The translations under genes and the position numbers were made by a program. DNA of 64,000 nucleotides from Capsulimonadaceae bacterium. Its GTDB lineage: Bacteria; Armatimonadota; Armatimonadia; Armatimonadales; Capsulimonadaceae. Shown in pieces: positions 19,130-28,706 of this stretch. Positions within the stretch are counted from its first letter, which is position 1, and each line of letters starts with the position of its first letter. Where the stretch lies: contig OZ244065.1 in NCBI GenBank assembly GCA_965215505.1, positions 352,001-416,000 on the forward strand. The letters run 5' to 3'. Under the pieces are notes generated by a model. The model worked only from the letters and a program-made list of their open reading frames with translations. It made no database searches and had not been told where the DNA came from.

Positions 19130-19936
19130 TCACCACTTCTCTTTGAGGTGCCCGTCGGGGACGATGTGGTCGGCGTTGATCAGGGTGTCATTCGACAAAC
19201 TTGGCGGTAGCCGGAAGCCGCTGAGGGGCAGCGTGACGGGGACGGGGTGCAGGCCGGTCGGGACGAAGCTCACGGAGGGATGGACGGTCACGATGGTTGA
19301 CCGCAGAGCGGCGTCGGACATGTCGCCGATCCAGCCGCGCAGGTAGACCCGCCCGTGGTGTTTGATGAGGTTCCAGTGGGCGACGCCAGGAGCAAAATCG
19401 GTCATCTTCACACCTTCGTCCACGGCAGCCAGATCGCAGAGGACAGGCTGACCATCCGGCACCTCCGAGAGAAGCACCATCTTGCCGTCACGCACACGGA
19501 CCAGGAGGTTATTGGGGAGGGCGAGGGGCGCGGCCTGCGGCGCGGCGGGGGCCGTGATGACGGCGACGGCGGGCTTGGCTGGTTCGTCCATGCGGAGGGA
19601 GGCCAGCAGCGCGCCGCCGGACAGCACGAGGCTGAGGGCGACGGCGATGCTAATCCTGAGCCTGTTGGAGAGTGCCTGGCGAGTCCCAGCCTTGCCCTCC
19701 TGCGGGAGCGCCCGACCTGCCTCGATCTCGCGCAGGAGTTCGTCGGGCGTGACGTTCAGGCCGAGTTCCTGCACGGCATCGCCGAGCGGGATGGTGCCGT
19801 CCAGGCCGCCCTGACGCGCTTCCAGGCGGGCCAGGGCGGCGGCAAGCTCCTGGGGGGTGACGCGGACCTGGGCGGCGGGGGTGGTCCTTGCCTCGGGGGT
19901 GGTGCTTGTCTCCGGGGCGTCGTCGTGTCGCAGCAT
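19130..19936 (-). CDS. array paralog 1
   Basis: MLRH..RVTPQELAAALARLEARQ..GTIPLGDAVQELGL; TM; WNLIKHHGRVYLRGW; DGHLKEKW. Confidence 0.88.
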   Translation of the reverse strand: MLRHDDAPETSTTPEARTTPAAQVRVTPQELAAALARLEARQGGLDGTIPLGDAVQELGLNVTPDELLREIEAGRALPQEGKAGTRQALSNRLRISIAVALSLVLSGGALLASLRMDEPAKPAVAVITAPAAPQAAPLALPNNLLVRVRDGKMVLLSEVPDGQPVLCDLAAVDEGVKMTDFAPGVAHWNLIKHHGRVYLRGWIGDMSDAALRSTIVTVHPSVSFVPTGLHPVPVTLPLSGFRLPPSLSNDTLINADHIVPDGHLKEKW

Positions 19937-19957
19937 GGCAGGAACCCTCGGTCGCGG

Positions 19958-21307
19958 TCAGGCGCTTTCCGGCACCGGCTCCGGCTCGTGGCGGGTGAAC
20001 AGCAGGCGGCGGATGCGGCGGCCCGTCACCTCGGCGACCGAGACGTCGAAGCCGTCCAGCCGGGCGGAGGCCCCGTGGCGCGGCGGCAGGCGCAGGGCGT
20101 GGAGGGCGTAGCCGCCGATGGTGTCGTAGTCGTCGGGGTTACTGATCGGCATGCCGAGTGTTTCCGAAACCTCGTCAAGCGCGACCGTCCCGGCCACCGA
20201 GTAGGACCGGCCGGTCTCGTCGAGCGGCACGAGGGGCGGGGGCTGGTCGTGTTCGTCCTGGATCTCGCCGATCAGCTCCTCGATGATGTCTTCCAGAGTC
20301 ACCAGACCCGCCGTGCCGCCGTACTCGTCCACGACGACGGCCTGGTGGGTGTGGCTCTTCTGAAGCTCTTTGAGGAGTTCATCAATCGGCTTGGTTTCGG
20401 GGATGCCGATGATGTCGCGCTTGATAGCGCGGATGTCGGCGTCGGTTTTATTGGCGATTGCCAGCAGGTCCTTGATGTGGATCATGCCGATGACGTGGTC
20501 CCGGTCGCCCTCGCAGAGCGGGTAGCGGGTGAAGCCGCTTTCCACCGAAACCTCGACGTTCCGGGCCAAGCTCCAGGTGGTGGAGAGGTAGACCATGTCC
20601 ACGCGCGGCACCATGATCTCCTTCGCCTGGGTGTGGGCGAAGTCGAAGACGTTCTCCGCGATCTCGATCTCGGACGGCCGCAGCTCGCCCTGCTGGTGGG
20701 AGTGGGCCATGATGGCGAGAATCTCGTCCTCCGAGTGCGCCTGCTCGTGGCCGTCGCCGGGCTGGATGTGCAGGGGCCGGGCGATGGCTTTGGCCGCGCT
20801 TTCCAGGATGAGGATGAGGGGGTAGCCGAGCAGGAGGAACAGGCGCATGGGCCGGGAGACGGCCAGGGCGGTCCGCTCGGTGTGGGCGATGACCCACCAC
20901 TTGGGCAGCAATTCGCCGAAGATGATGTGGAAGAAGGTGATCAGCACGAAGCCGAGGCCGATGGCGATGACGTGGGCCGAGGCGGAGCCGTGCGCGATGC
21001 CCAGGGTGTCGAACAGGCCGCGCAGGAGGCGGGCGACGGCCGGCTCGCCGACCGCGCCCAGGGCGAGCGAGGCCAGGGTGACGCCGAGCTGCGTGGCCGA
21101 AAGGTAGGTGTCCAGCCGCGTCAGGAGGTCCTGCACGGCGCGCGCGGGCACGTTCCCCTCGCCGACAAGCTCGGCGATGCGCGTCTGGCGGATGCGGATC
21201 ATCGCGAACTCGGCGGCGACGAAGAAGGCGTTGAGCGCGACCAGCAGCAGGGTCAAGCCGAGCATGAGGTAGGCCTGGGACTGATTTGATTGTATGTGGG
21301 GGTCCAT
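19958..21307 (-). CDS. hemolysin-family CNNM/CBS/CorC protein (probable Mg/Co efflux)
   Basis: [56 protein letters not shown]. Confidence 0.92.
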   Translation of the reverse strand: MDPHIQSNQSQAYLMLGLTLLLVALNAFFVAAEFAMIRIRQTRIAELVGEGNVPARAVQDLLTRLDTYLSATQLGVTLASLALGAVGEPAVARLLRGLFDTLGIAHGSASAHVIAIGLGFVLITFFHIIFGELLPKWWVIAHTERTALAVSRPMRLFLLLGYPLILILESAAKAIARPLHIQPGDGHEQAHSEDEILAIMAHSHQQGELRPSEIEIAENVFDFAHTQAKEIMVPRVDMVYLSTTWSLARNVEVSVESGFTRYPLCEGDRDHVIGMIHIKDLLAIANKTDADIRAIKRDIIGIPETKPIDELLKELQKSHTHQAVVVDEYGGTAGLVTLEDIIEELIGEIQDEHDQPPPLVPLDETGRSYSVAGTVALDEVSETLGMPISNPDDYDTIGGYALHALRLPPRHGASARLDGFDVSVAEVTGRRIRRLLFTRHEPEPVPESA

Positions 21308-21470
21308 AGGGTCGCCCGCATCCGCGCTGCGGGCCGCGCTCCCGCCGTACTCTTCAGGAGAGGCTGGCGGAAAGAAATCTTCCTTTCGATATCGCGGTCA
21401 TTGTACCCGGAATCGCAATGGGTTAGGAACAGAAATTCGGAACGAATGTCGTGTGGCGGCTTGCATTCAG

Positions 21471-21691
21471 ACGAGTGATTGAAATCACTCGCTGCGCGCC
21501 GGACCTGTCCAGGGGACAAGGGCGTAATTCTAAGAGGCGGCGTGATTGACACCGCCTGCCGCAGCGTGTTATCTTCAGCGTGTTATCTTCTGTCCCCTGG
21601 ACAGGTCCGGCGCGCAGCGAGTGAATTCATTCACTCGTCCATATGCTCGGCTTGTCCATATGCTCGGCTTGTCCATATGCTCGGCTCGTCC
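21471..21691. repeat. REP family A inverted pair plus 17-bp tandem repeat
   Basis: GACGAGTGATTGAAATCACTCGCTGCGCGCCGGACCTGTCCAGGGGACA and its inverse at ~21591-21639; GTCCATATGCTCGGCTT x3 at 21637-21687. Confidence 0.85.
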
Positions 21692-21747
21692 GTAGGCCCG
21701 GCATGATGGCCCTCGGTCCGAATGCCGCAGCCTCCGCATCCCATCAA

Positions 21748-22749
21748 TCACGAACGGATTTTTAGCGCCTTCCGCACGATCCGTAGGGTCTCGTCGGCCG
21801 CCTCCCTGGCCTGGTCCGCGCCCGCCCGCAGGACGCCGTTTACATAGATAGGATCGGCTTCGAGGGCGGCGCGGCGAGCGCGGAGCGGGGCGAGGTCGGC
21901 GTTGATGATCTCGGCCAGTTCCTTCTTGGACTGCCCGCAGCCACGCAATCCGGCCCGGCACTCGCCCCACTGCGTCTGATAGTTCTCGGGGTCGTAGACG
22001 CGCCGGAGCTTGCAGGCGACGCAGCCCTCGGGAACTCCGGCGTCTGTGATGTGTATTTTGGTGGGCGTCGTGAAGGCCGAGTTGAGTTTCTTGGCCGTCT
22101 GCTTGGGCGTGTCCGCGAGGTAGACGGCGTTGTCATACGACTTGCTCATCTTGCGCCCGTCCATGCCCGGAAGCTCGCCGTTGAACTCGTTGATGACCGG
22201 GTCGGGTTCGGGGAACACGTCCGCGCCGACGATGCGGTTGAAGCGGCGGGCGATCTCGCGCGAGATCTCGATGTGCGCGGCCTGGTCCTTGCCGACCGGC
22301 ACGGCGTGGGCGCGGTAGAGGACGATGTCGGCGGTCTGGAGGACGGGGTAGCCGAGCAGTCCGTAGCTGACCTGGGTGTCGTTGTCTTTAACCAGGTCGC
22401 GCTTCACCTTGTAGGTGGGGATGCGCTCCAGCCAGCCGACCGGCGTCACCATGGACAGCAGCAGGTGAAGCTCGGCGTGTTCGGGGACGTCAGACTGCCG
22501 GAAGATGGCGCACTTGTCCGGGTCCAGGCCGCCCGCAAGGTAGTCCATTGCCGTCTGCCGCGAGGCCGCCGCGAGGTCATAGTCGCCGTCGGCCACGGTC
22601 GTCAGGGCGTGCCAGTCGGCGATCATGCAGAACATCTCGAAGTCATCCTGCCGCTGCACCCAGGGCCGCAAGGCCCCCTCCAGATTGCCCAGGTGTAGGC
22701 GACCGCCGCCGGTCGGCTGCATCCCCGAAAGTAGCCGTGGTTTTGTCAT
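21748..22749 (-). CDS. trpS: tryptophan--tRNA ligase
   Basis: SGMQPTG, HLGN, YPVLQTADI, VPVGKDQ, KMSKS. Confidence 0.96.
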   Translation of the reverse strand: MTKPRLLSGMQPTGGGRLHLGNLEGALRPWVQRQDDFEMFCMIADWHALTTVADGDYDLAAASRQTAMDYLAGGLDPDKCAIFRQSDVPEHAELHLLLSMVTPVGWLERIPTYKVKRDLVKDNDTQVSYGLLGYPVLQTADIVLYRAHAVPVGKDQAAHIEISREIARRFNRIVGADVFPEPDPVINEFNGELPGMDGRKMSKSYDNAVYLADTPKQTAKKLNSAFTTPTKIHITDAGVPEGCVACKLRRVYDPENYQTQWGECRAGLRGCGQSKKELAEIINADLAPLRARRAALEADPIYVNGVLRAGADQAREAADETLRIVRKALKIRS

Positions 22750-23381
22750 GCGTTCCCCGTGAGAAGGCCGTAAAAGAAGGTGATGGGCGGCCCGATGATG
22801 AGAAAGGCGGTGCCCGTGAAGGCCAGCGCGAAGAAGAGCAGCAGGCCAAAGGTCGCCATGAACTTGTCGTAGGCCATGGCCTGCGGCAGCGGCAGCAGCG
22901 CGGACAGCACCTTGGAGCCGTCCAGCGGCGGGATCGGGATCAGGTTGAAGAAGGTCAGGGCGAGGTTGATCCAGATGGCCGTCGTGAGAATGTGGCCGGC
23001 CGAGGTGTCCTGGGCGAACCAGTGCCGCCAGTCGTTCAGGCGCACGATGGCCGTGAAGAACAGGGCCTGCAAGACGTTGGAAAGCGGCCCGGCGGCGGCG
23101 ATCAGCAGGGGGTCCCAGCGGGGGCGGCGCAGGTTGCCGGGGTTGTACTGGACGGGCTTGCCCCAGCCGATGCCGAAGCCGGTGTAGGTCGAGATCGCCA
23201 TCATCAGGGTCCCCATCGGGTCCAGGTGGTCGGCGGGGTTGACCGAGATGCGGCCCTGGGCGCGCGGCGTGTTGTCGCCCAGCCGGTCGGCGGCGAGGGC
23301 GTGGGCGAACTCGTGGATGGTGACCGCGATGACCAGCACCACCATGGTCTGGAGCCAGTGGATGACGACCAGTTGGTCCAT
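22746..23381 (-). CDS. site-2 protease (M50 family)
   Basis: HEFAH, AAAGPLSN, FNLIPIPPLDGSK. Confidence 0.93.
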   Translation of the reverse strand: MDQLVVIHWLQTMVVLVIAVTIHEFAHALAADRLGDNTPRAQGRISVNPADHLDPMGTLMMAISTYTGFGIGWGKPVQYNPGNLRRPRWDPLLIAAAGPLSNVLQALFFTAIVRLNDWRHWFAQDTSAGHILTTAIWINLALTFFNLIPIPPLDGSKVLSALLPLPQAMAYDKFMATFGLLLFFALAFTGTAFLIIGPPITFFYGLLTGNA

Positions 23382-23386
23382 GGGGG

Positions 23387-24712
23387 CTAGACCAGCCGCT
23401 CGGGGATGAGGTCCAGGCTCACCACGTCGTCGAGTGTCTCGCGGCGCGAAACCAGGTCCGCCCGGCCGTCCCGGACGAACACGCCCGCAGGCCGCGGGAA
23501 GCGGTTGTAGTTGGACGCCATGACGGCGTTGTAAGCGCCCGTAGACTGTACGGCCAGGATGTCGCCGGTTTCAAGCGGCTGCGTCCGCGCCTCCTGGATG
23601 AGAATGTCGGTCTCGCAGTGCTTGCCGGCGACGCGCACCGCCTGCGTCTTCGGCTCGCCCGCCCGGCCCGCCGCCTGCACCTCGTAGACCGCATCGTAGA
23701 GCTGCGGGCGCGGGTTGTCGGACAGGCCGCCGTCAATGGTGACGTAGGTGCGCTCGCCCGGCGCTTCGGGGATGGCGACCTTCTTGATGACGCCCACGGT
23801 GTACAGGGTGACGCCCGCCTCGCCGACGAGGCAGCGGCCCGGCTCTTGCAGCAGGGTGGGGGCGGGGACGCCGTACTTCTCCAGGGCCGCGTTCAGGGCC
23901 GTGACGACCGTGTCGGCAAACTCTTCGTAGGTGGGCGGCTTCTGGTCCTCGGTGTAGCGGATGCCCAGGCCGCCGCCGATGTCCAGGTCTTCGGGCATCC
24001 AGCCGGTCGTGTCGGCGACTTTGCGGAGGAAGCCGACCATGATGTCAATCGCCTGCTCGTGCGTGTGGGCGTCCAAAAGCTGCGAGCCGATGTGGCAGTG
24101 CAGGCCGGTGATCTTGAGAGGCGGGGCCGCGCCCAGCGCCTCCGTGACCGCCTCCAGCGCTGCGCCGCTGGCGAGGCTCAGACCGAACTTGGTGTCTTCC
24201 TGGCCGGTGCGGATGCGCCGGTGCGTGTGCGGGTCGATGCCGGGCGTCACGCGCAGGAGGACCGCCTGGGTCTTGCCCTTCTGCTTTGCCAACATGGCGA
24301 GGTGCCGCAGCTCGGGCAGGTTGTCCACGACGACCCGCCCGACGCCGTAGTCCAGCGCCATTTCGAGTTCGTTTTGGCTTTTATTGTTGCCGTGCAGCAG
24401 GACACGCTCCATCGGGAACCCGGCCTTGACGGCGGTGTAAAGCTCGCCCGCCGAGGCGACATCCAGGCTGTAGCCTTCCTGCTCCATGACTTTGCAGACC
24501 GCCATGTTCAGGTAGGCCTTGGAAGCGAACGAGATGTCGTTCTTGGGGTAACGCGCTTCAAAGGCGGCCTTGTACCGGCGGCAGTTGCCGCGAATCTGGC
24601 CCTCGTCCATGACGTAGAGCGGCGTCCCGAACTCGCAGGCCAGTTCGACGCAGTCGCACCCACCGACCTCCAAATGCCCCTGCGCGTTGACGCGCTGGCT
24701 GCCAAGCAGCAT
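23387..24712 (-). CDS. lysA: diaminopimelate decarboxylase
   Basis: FGTPLYVMDE, FASKA, HGNNKS, HCHIGSQ, HCETD, MASNYN; RBS before ATG 24712. Confidence 0.95.
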   Translation of the reverse strand: MLLGSQRVNAQGHLEVGGCDCVELACEFGTPLYVMDEGQIRGNCRRYKAAFEARYPKNDISFASKAYLNMAVCKVMEQEGYSLDVASAGELYTAVKAGFPMERVLLHGNNKSQNELEMALDYGVGRVVVDNLPELRHLAMLAKQKGKTQAVLLRVTPGIDPHTHRRIRTGQEDTKFGLSLASGAALEAVTEALGAAPPLKITGLHCHIGSQLLDAHTHEQAIDIMVGFLRKVADTTGWMPEDLDIGGGLGIRYTEDQKPPTYEEFADTVVTALNAALEKYGVPAPTLLQEPGRCLVGEAGVTLYTVGVIKKVAIPEAPGERTYVTIDGGLSDNPRPQLYDAVYEVQAAGRAGEPKTQAVRVAGKHCETDILIQEARTQPLETGDILAVQSTGAYNAVMASNYNRFPRPAGVFVRDGRADLVSRRETLDDVVSLDLIPERLV

Positions 24713-24786
24713 GGTCCCGTTTCTCCCCGCTATCGCCGTCACGAAAAAGACCCTCGTCACCGGAATGCGGGCGGGGTTTGGGGGAG

Positions 24787-24816
24787 ATTCTAGCATAAAT
24801 GAGGGGAGGAAGTCAA
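24787..24816 (-). promoter_or_regulatory. sigma70-type promoter for lysA
   Basis: TTGACT-N18-TAGAAT with extended TG. Confidence 0.6.
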
Positions 24817-24949
24817 GAAAATGCCTTCTTCCCGCTCAGAGGGGTGTATTGGTGAGGGGAGTGCCGGAAGATCATGAGAGCATCGCGGCGGCAGTGGAGC
24901 AGCGCATATGGGCCAGGCGTGGTACAATCAAGCCGTGTGATGACGTAGG

Positions 24950-25128
24950 GCCGCCACGGGTTGAAACCCGAGGCTGAGAAGTTCCCACCGTCGAAGCGAC
25001 GTAAGACACGGACAGGAGGGCAAGGACACGAGGGCGGGGGGACCCCGCCCCTACGCAGCAACATCTTCCCTCCTTGCGTCCCCCGGACGCTGGGCACTTC
25101 TCAGCCTCGGGTTTCCACCCGTGGCGGC
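24950..25128. repeat. REP-like inverted pair with inner GTAG-type palindrome
   Basis: GCCGCCACGGGTTGAAACCCGAGGCTGAGAAGT (24950-24982) vs near-exact inverse 25096-25128; GGGCGGGGGGACCCCGCCCCTAC between them. Confidence 0.8.
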
Positions 25129-25264
25129 TGTGGACGGGACATGAGCGTGTCGTTCTCACCGCGTCAACCGCACGCCCGATGCCGTCCGACGAGCATCAAG
25201 TCCGGCATTTTTGACAGTGTGTGCCTGGCCGCATCCCGCCGATGATGACGCAAGGAGGAACCCG

Positions 25265-25489
25265 ATGTCAATCACGGACACGATCAGCAAGGCCGCGGCG
25301 ACCGACCCGGTCGTCGGTGTGGCGGTGGCGCGGCAGAGCGAGAACAGCGCCATCCTGGCGGGCCTGCAAACCGGAGACACGGCGACCTCGGCCCTGCTCG
25401 GGGCGCTCAACGGTCAGGCGCTCGAAGCGAACCAGATGCTCGCGAGCCTGACGCCGAATGTCGGCCAGAATGTCAACACCAGCGCCTAA
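25265..25489 (+). CDS. small protein with YjfB-like C-terminus
   Basis: AGGAGG RBS; ends PNVGQNVNTSA. Confidence 0.7.
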   Translation: MSITDTISKAAATDPVVGVAVARQSENSAILAGLQTGDTATSALLGALNGQALEANQMLASLTPNVGQNVNTSA

Positions 25490-25510
25490 AACTCCCAGAG
25501 AACATTGCCA

Positions 25511-25852
25511 ATGTCCAGCGTAAAACCAACCCCACCCGTCGCCGCGCCTGCGCCGGCGAACAGCTACCCGAAGCACTCCTCCGCCCCAGCCGCCCCGCCG
25601 AAGCAGCCCCCGGCACCCACCTACAGGCAGCAGGCACACGCGGCGGCCACGCCTCCTGCGGCGGAACGACGCCATGCCGCCCCCGCCACGGCGACCACCG
25701 CGCTCTCCTCGGAGGCACTTTCCAGCACGGACGTTTCCTATGTCGAGTCGCTCATGGGGGCCATCCCCGCGCAGAAGATGGAAGAGCTTCTGCTGAAAAC
25801 CGGCGTCCCCATCCCCGCTAACCTGGGGCCGAACATAGACACGGCGGCCTGA
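25511..25852 (+). CDS. Pro/Ala-rich small protein with YjfB-like C-terminus
   Basis: ends ANLGPNIDTAA, the same motif as the upstream gene. Confidence 0.65.
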   Translation: MSSVKPTPPVAAPAPANSYPKHSSAPAAPPKQPPAPTYRQQAHAAATPPAAERRHAAPATATTALSSEALSSTDVSYVESLMGAIPAQKMEELLLKTGVPIPANLGPNIDTAA

Positions 25853-25903
25853 GAGTCGCGCCGGAGGCGTCACATCCGGGGCGTCTTCGGCTATAATCAC
25901 CTC

Positions 25904-26977
25904 ATGGACACTTCTGCCGCGATGATGGAGGCCGGGCCGCCTCCCGCCGACGCCCCCCTGACCGATCAACCCATAACGGATCAACTCGTGCCTGCCCTGG
26001 AGGCCGCGCTGGCGGCGCGGGCCGACCGCTTCGACGCCCGGCACGAGGCCGCCTTCCGGCTCTTCAGCGGCTGGACGGAGGGCTGCCCGTCCCTCGTCGC
26101 CGACCTGTACGGCCAGACCCTAGTGCTGCACAACTACGCCGAGCCGCCCGACGCCGCGGAGGAGCAGGTCGAGCGGGCGGCCCGGTTCTACCGGACGCGC
26201 CTCCCCTGGCTGAGTGCCGTCCTGGTGAAGATGCGCTACGGCAGCACGGAGGACGCCAAGAAGGGCGCGCTGCTGTGGGGGACTTCGCTGACCCGGCGCG
26301 TGCGGGAGAACTGGGTGTGGTACGCCGTGGACCTGCGGCTCAACCAGGACGCCTCCTTCTACCTGGACACGCGCAACCTGCGCGAATGGGCGAAGGCGAA
26401 CCTGGGGGGGAAGACGGTGCTGAACACCTTCGCGTACACGGGCAGCCTGGGCGTGGCGGCACTCGCGGGCGGGGCATCCCGCGTGGTGCATCTGGACCTG
26501 AAGCGGGCCTTCCTGAACGTCGCCAAAGATTCCTATTTACAGAACGGGTTCCCGATCAGCACGGCGGACTTCCTGGCGGGCGACTTCTGGCCGCAGATCA
26601 GCCACCTGAAACGGGAAGGCGCGCGCTTCGACTGCGTCGTCGTTGACCCGCCGCTATTTTCGCGCACGCGGCATGGGACGGTGGATCTAGTGGAGGCGGG
26701 CCAGCGCGTCATCAACAAGGTGCGCCCGCTGATCGCCGACGGCGGCTATCTAGTCACCATCAACAACGCCCTGTTCGTCAGCGGGGCGCAGTACATGGGG
26801 ATGCTGGAAGGGCTGTGCGCCGACGGCTACCTCTCCATTGAGGCCCTGCTCCCCGTCCCACAGGACTTCATCGGCTACGCGGGCGCGGACACTGCCGCCC
26901 TGCCCGCCGACCCCGCTCCGTTCAACCACCCCACCAAGATCGCCGTCCTCCGCGTCCGGCGCAAGGACGCCGCGTGA
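25904..26977 (+). CDS. class I SAM-dependent methyltransferase (RlmI/RlmK-like)
   Basis: FYLDTRNLR, VLNTFAYTGSLGV, VVVDPP; TATAAT 6 nt before the ATG. Confidence 0.88.
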   Translation: MDTSAAMMEAGPPPADAPLTDQPITDQLVPALEAALAARADRFDARHEAAFRLFSGWTEGCPSLVADLYGQTLVLHNYAEPPDAAEEQVERAARFYRTRLPWLSAVLVKMRYGSTEDAKKGALLWGTSLTRRVRENWVWYAVDLRLNQDASFYLDTRNLREWAKANLGGKTVLNTFAYTGSLGVAALAGGASRVVHLDLKRAFLNVAKDSYLQNGFPISTADFLAGDFWPQISHLKREGARFDCVVVDPPLFSRTRHGTVDLVEAGQRVINKVRPLIADGGYLVTINNALFVSGAQYMGMLEGLCADGYLSIEALLPVPQDFIGYAGADTAALPADPAPFNHPTKIAVLRVRRKDAA

Positions 26978-26983
26978 GCCGGT

Positions 26984-27637
26984 CTACGGGTCGGGGGAGG
27001 CGCTATCCACCTTCTTCCGCCGGTCGTCGCGGCTCTGCATGACGACGTAGGAGACGGGTCCGAGCCAGTAGAGTACGAGGCTGATGGTCGGGCTGACCCA
27101 GGAAAGAAGAACCGCCGCCAGGTAAATGGCGGCCGCTCCGAGAGTGCGAGTGGTACCCGCGCGCACAAACCGGGGGTCGAGGGGCGCGTCGGTCAGCCGG
27201 CCGCTCCGCGTGGCATAAGTCCAAAGGAGCTGGAGCGAGAGGCTGGTCAGCACCAGGCTCAGGCCGTAGACGGCGACCGCCGTCCGGTCATGGCGGAACT
27301 GCCCCAGAAGCCCTGCCGTGAAGGGGATGAAGGCGACGCACATCAGGAACAGGTTGTTGATCCACAGCAGTGTCCGGTCGGCGCGCTTCAGCGGGTGCAG
27401 CATCAGGTGGTGGGCGACCCAGTAGACGCCGATGATGACGAAGGAAAGGGCGTAGGAAAACAGCTCGGGCCAGAGGTGCAGCAGGCGGCCCGGAAGCTGT
27501 CCGGCCGTCGTCGTCGCGGGGTCGGGGACCCGGATGTCCAGCACCAGCAGCGTGACGGCGATGGCGAACACGCCGTCACTGAAGGCCGAAATCCGCTCCT
27601 TGCCAAGCCCCCCTGTCTCCTCGTCGTCCTGGCTCAT
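26984..27637 (-). CDS. TMEM175/DUF1211 family potassium channel
   Basis: RISAFSDGVFAIAVTLLVL signature, YWVAHH. Confidence 0.92.
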   Translation of the reverse strand: MSQDDEETGGLGKERISAFSDGVFAIAVTLLVLDIRVPDPATTTAGQLPGRLLHLWPELFSYALSFVIIGVYWVAHHLMLHPLKRADRTLLWINNLFLMCVAFIPFTAGLLGQFRHDRTAVAVYGLSLVLTSLSLQLLWTYATRSGRLTDAPLDPRFVRAGTTRTLGAAAIYLAAVLLSWVSPTISLVLYWLGPVSYVVMQSRDDRRKKVDSASPDP

Positions 27638-27653
27638 GCCTGCCGTTTCCCTC

Positions 27654-28613
27654 TCAGGGGACAAGGACGATCTTGCCGCGCGCCCCGGACGCCATGACGG
27701 CCTGGTGGGCATGGGGGGCGTCGGCCAGGGGGATCTCCTGCGAGATGACCGGAGACAGTGTGCCGTTCGCCAGCCCCGCGCCGACGGCGGCGTGGAGGCG
27801 GGCCGTCTCGCCCTCGGTGGCGTTCGCGAGGCTCATGCCCAGGACGGCGGCGTTCTTGACCATCGTCAGGCGCGGGTCTATCTCCACCGGTCCCCGGCTG
27901 CCGATGACCACGACGCGGCCATTCTGCGCCAGCGCGCCCAGGTCTTTGGCGAGGTTGACGTTCGCCAGCATCTCCAGCACGATGTCCACGCCCTTCCCGC
28001 CGGTCAGCGCCTTGACCTCGTCCAGATAGCCTTCTTTGGTGTGGTCCAAAACGTGCTGCGCTCCCTGCTCGGCGACCAGCCGCCGGCCCGCCTCGCTCCC
28101 CGCCGTGCCGAAAACGGTCAGCCCGCCCGCCCGCGCGATCTGGACGGCGGCCAGCCCGACGCCGCCGCTCGCGCCGTGGACCAGCAGATTCTCACCGGGC
28201 AGCGCCTTCGCGCGGTCATACAGGCCGTAATAAGCGGTGTAGTAGGGGACATGGACGGCGGCACCCTGGGCGAAGGACAGCCGGGGCGGCAGGGGCCGCA
28301 CCTGGGCCGCCGTGCAGAGCGCCTTCTCGGCATAGGCCCCGGTGATGGTGCCGGCCAGATAGACGCGGTCGCCCGGTTTGACGGCGGTGACGCCTGCGCC
28401 GACCGACTCGACCGTTCCCGCCGCGTCCGAGCCGGGCGTGTAGGGGAGGGGACGCTTGCCGTAGTTCCCCGACCGGATGTAGGTGTCCACGGGGTTGACG
28501 CCGACCGCCTCCACCGTCACCAGGACCTGGCCGGGACCCGGCTCCGGGTCGGCGATCTCTTCCACCCGCAGGGCCTCCGGCCCGCCGAACTCGTGGACTC
28601 GAATGGCTTTCAT
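27654..28613 (-). CDS. NADPH:quinone reductase (zeta-crystallin family)
   Basis: MKAIRVHEFGGPE, GVNPVD, VHGASGGVG. Confidence 0.92.
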   Translation of the reverse strand: MKAIRVHEFGGPEALRVEEIADPEPGPGQVLVTVEAVGVNPVDTYIRSGNYGKRPLPYTPGSDAAGTVESVGAGVTAVKPGDRVYLAGTITGAYAEKALCTAAQVRPLPPRLSFAQGAAVHVPYYTAYYGLYDRAKALPGENLLVHGASGGVGLAAVQIARAGGLTVFGTAGSEAGRRLVAEQGAQHVLDHTKEGYLDEVKALTGGKGVDIVLEMLANVNLAKDLGALAQNGRVVVIGSRGPVEIDPRLTMVKNAAVLGMSLANATEGETARLHAAVGAGLANGTLSPVISQEIPLADAPHAHQAVMASGARGKIVLVP

Positions 28614-28706
28614 CTCTCCGAAACCTCCCTCGCACATGACGTGGCTGCACTCGGTGCAACGCCTCTGATGTACCCAAAAGCGTACCCGTTGGCATCGGGG
28701 GCGGCG

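Noticed and set aside
13312-19936. Array as a diversity-generating retroelement or integron cassette array
   Set aside because: No reverse transcriptase, no near-identical TR/VR pair differing at adenines, no integrase and no repeated attC-like sites between genes were seen.
21308-21460. Metal-sensing riboswitch (M-box or yybP-ykoY) ahead of the CNNM gene
   Set aside because: Some hairpins are present but I could not match the conserved motifs; needs an Infernal scan.
21637-21691. Short direct repeats here and at 41528-41583 as CRISPR arrays
   Set aside because: Units are 14-17 bp, head-to-tail with no spacers, and there are no cas genes.
24713-24786. Lysine riboswitch upstream of lysA
   Set aside because: The leader between promoter and ATG is only about 70 nt and lacks L-box motifs.
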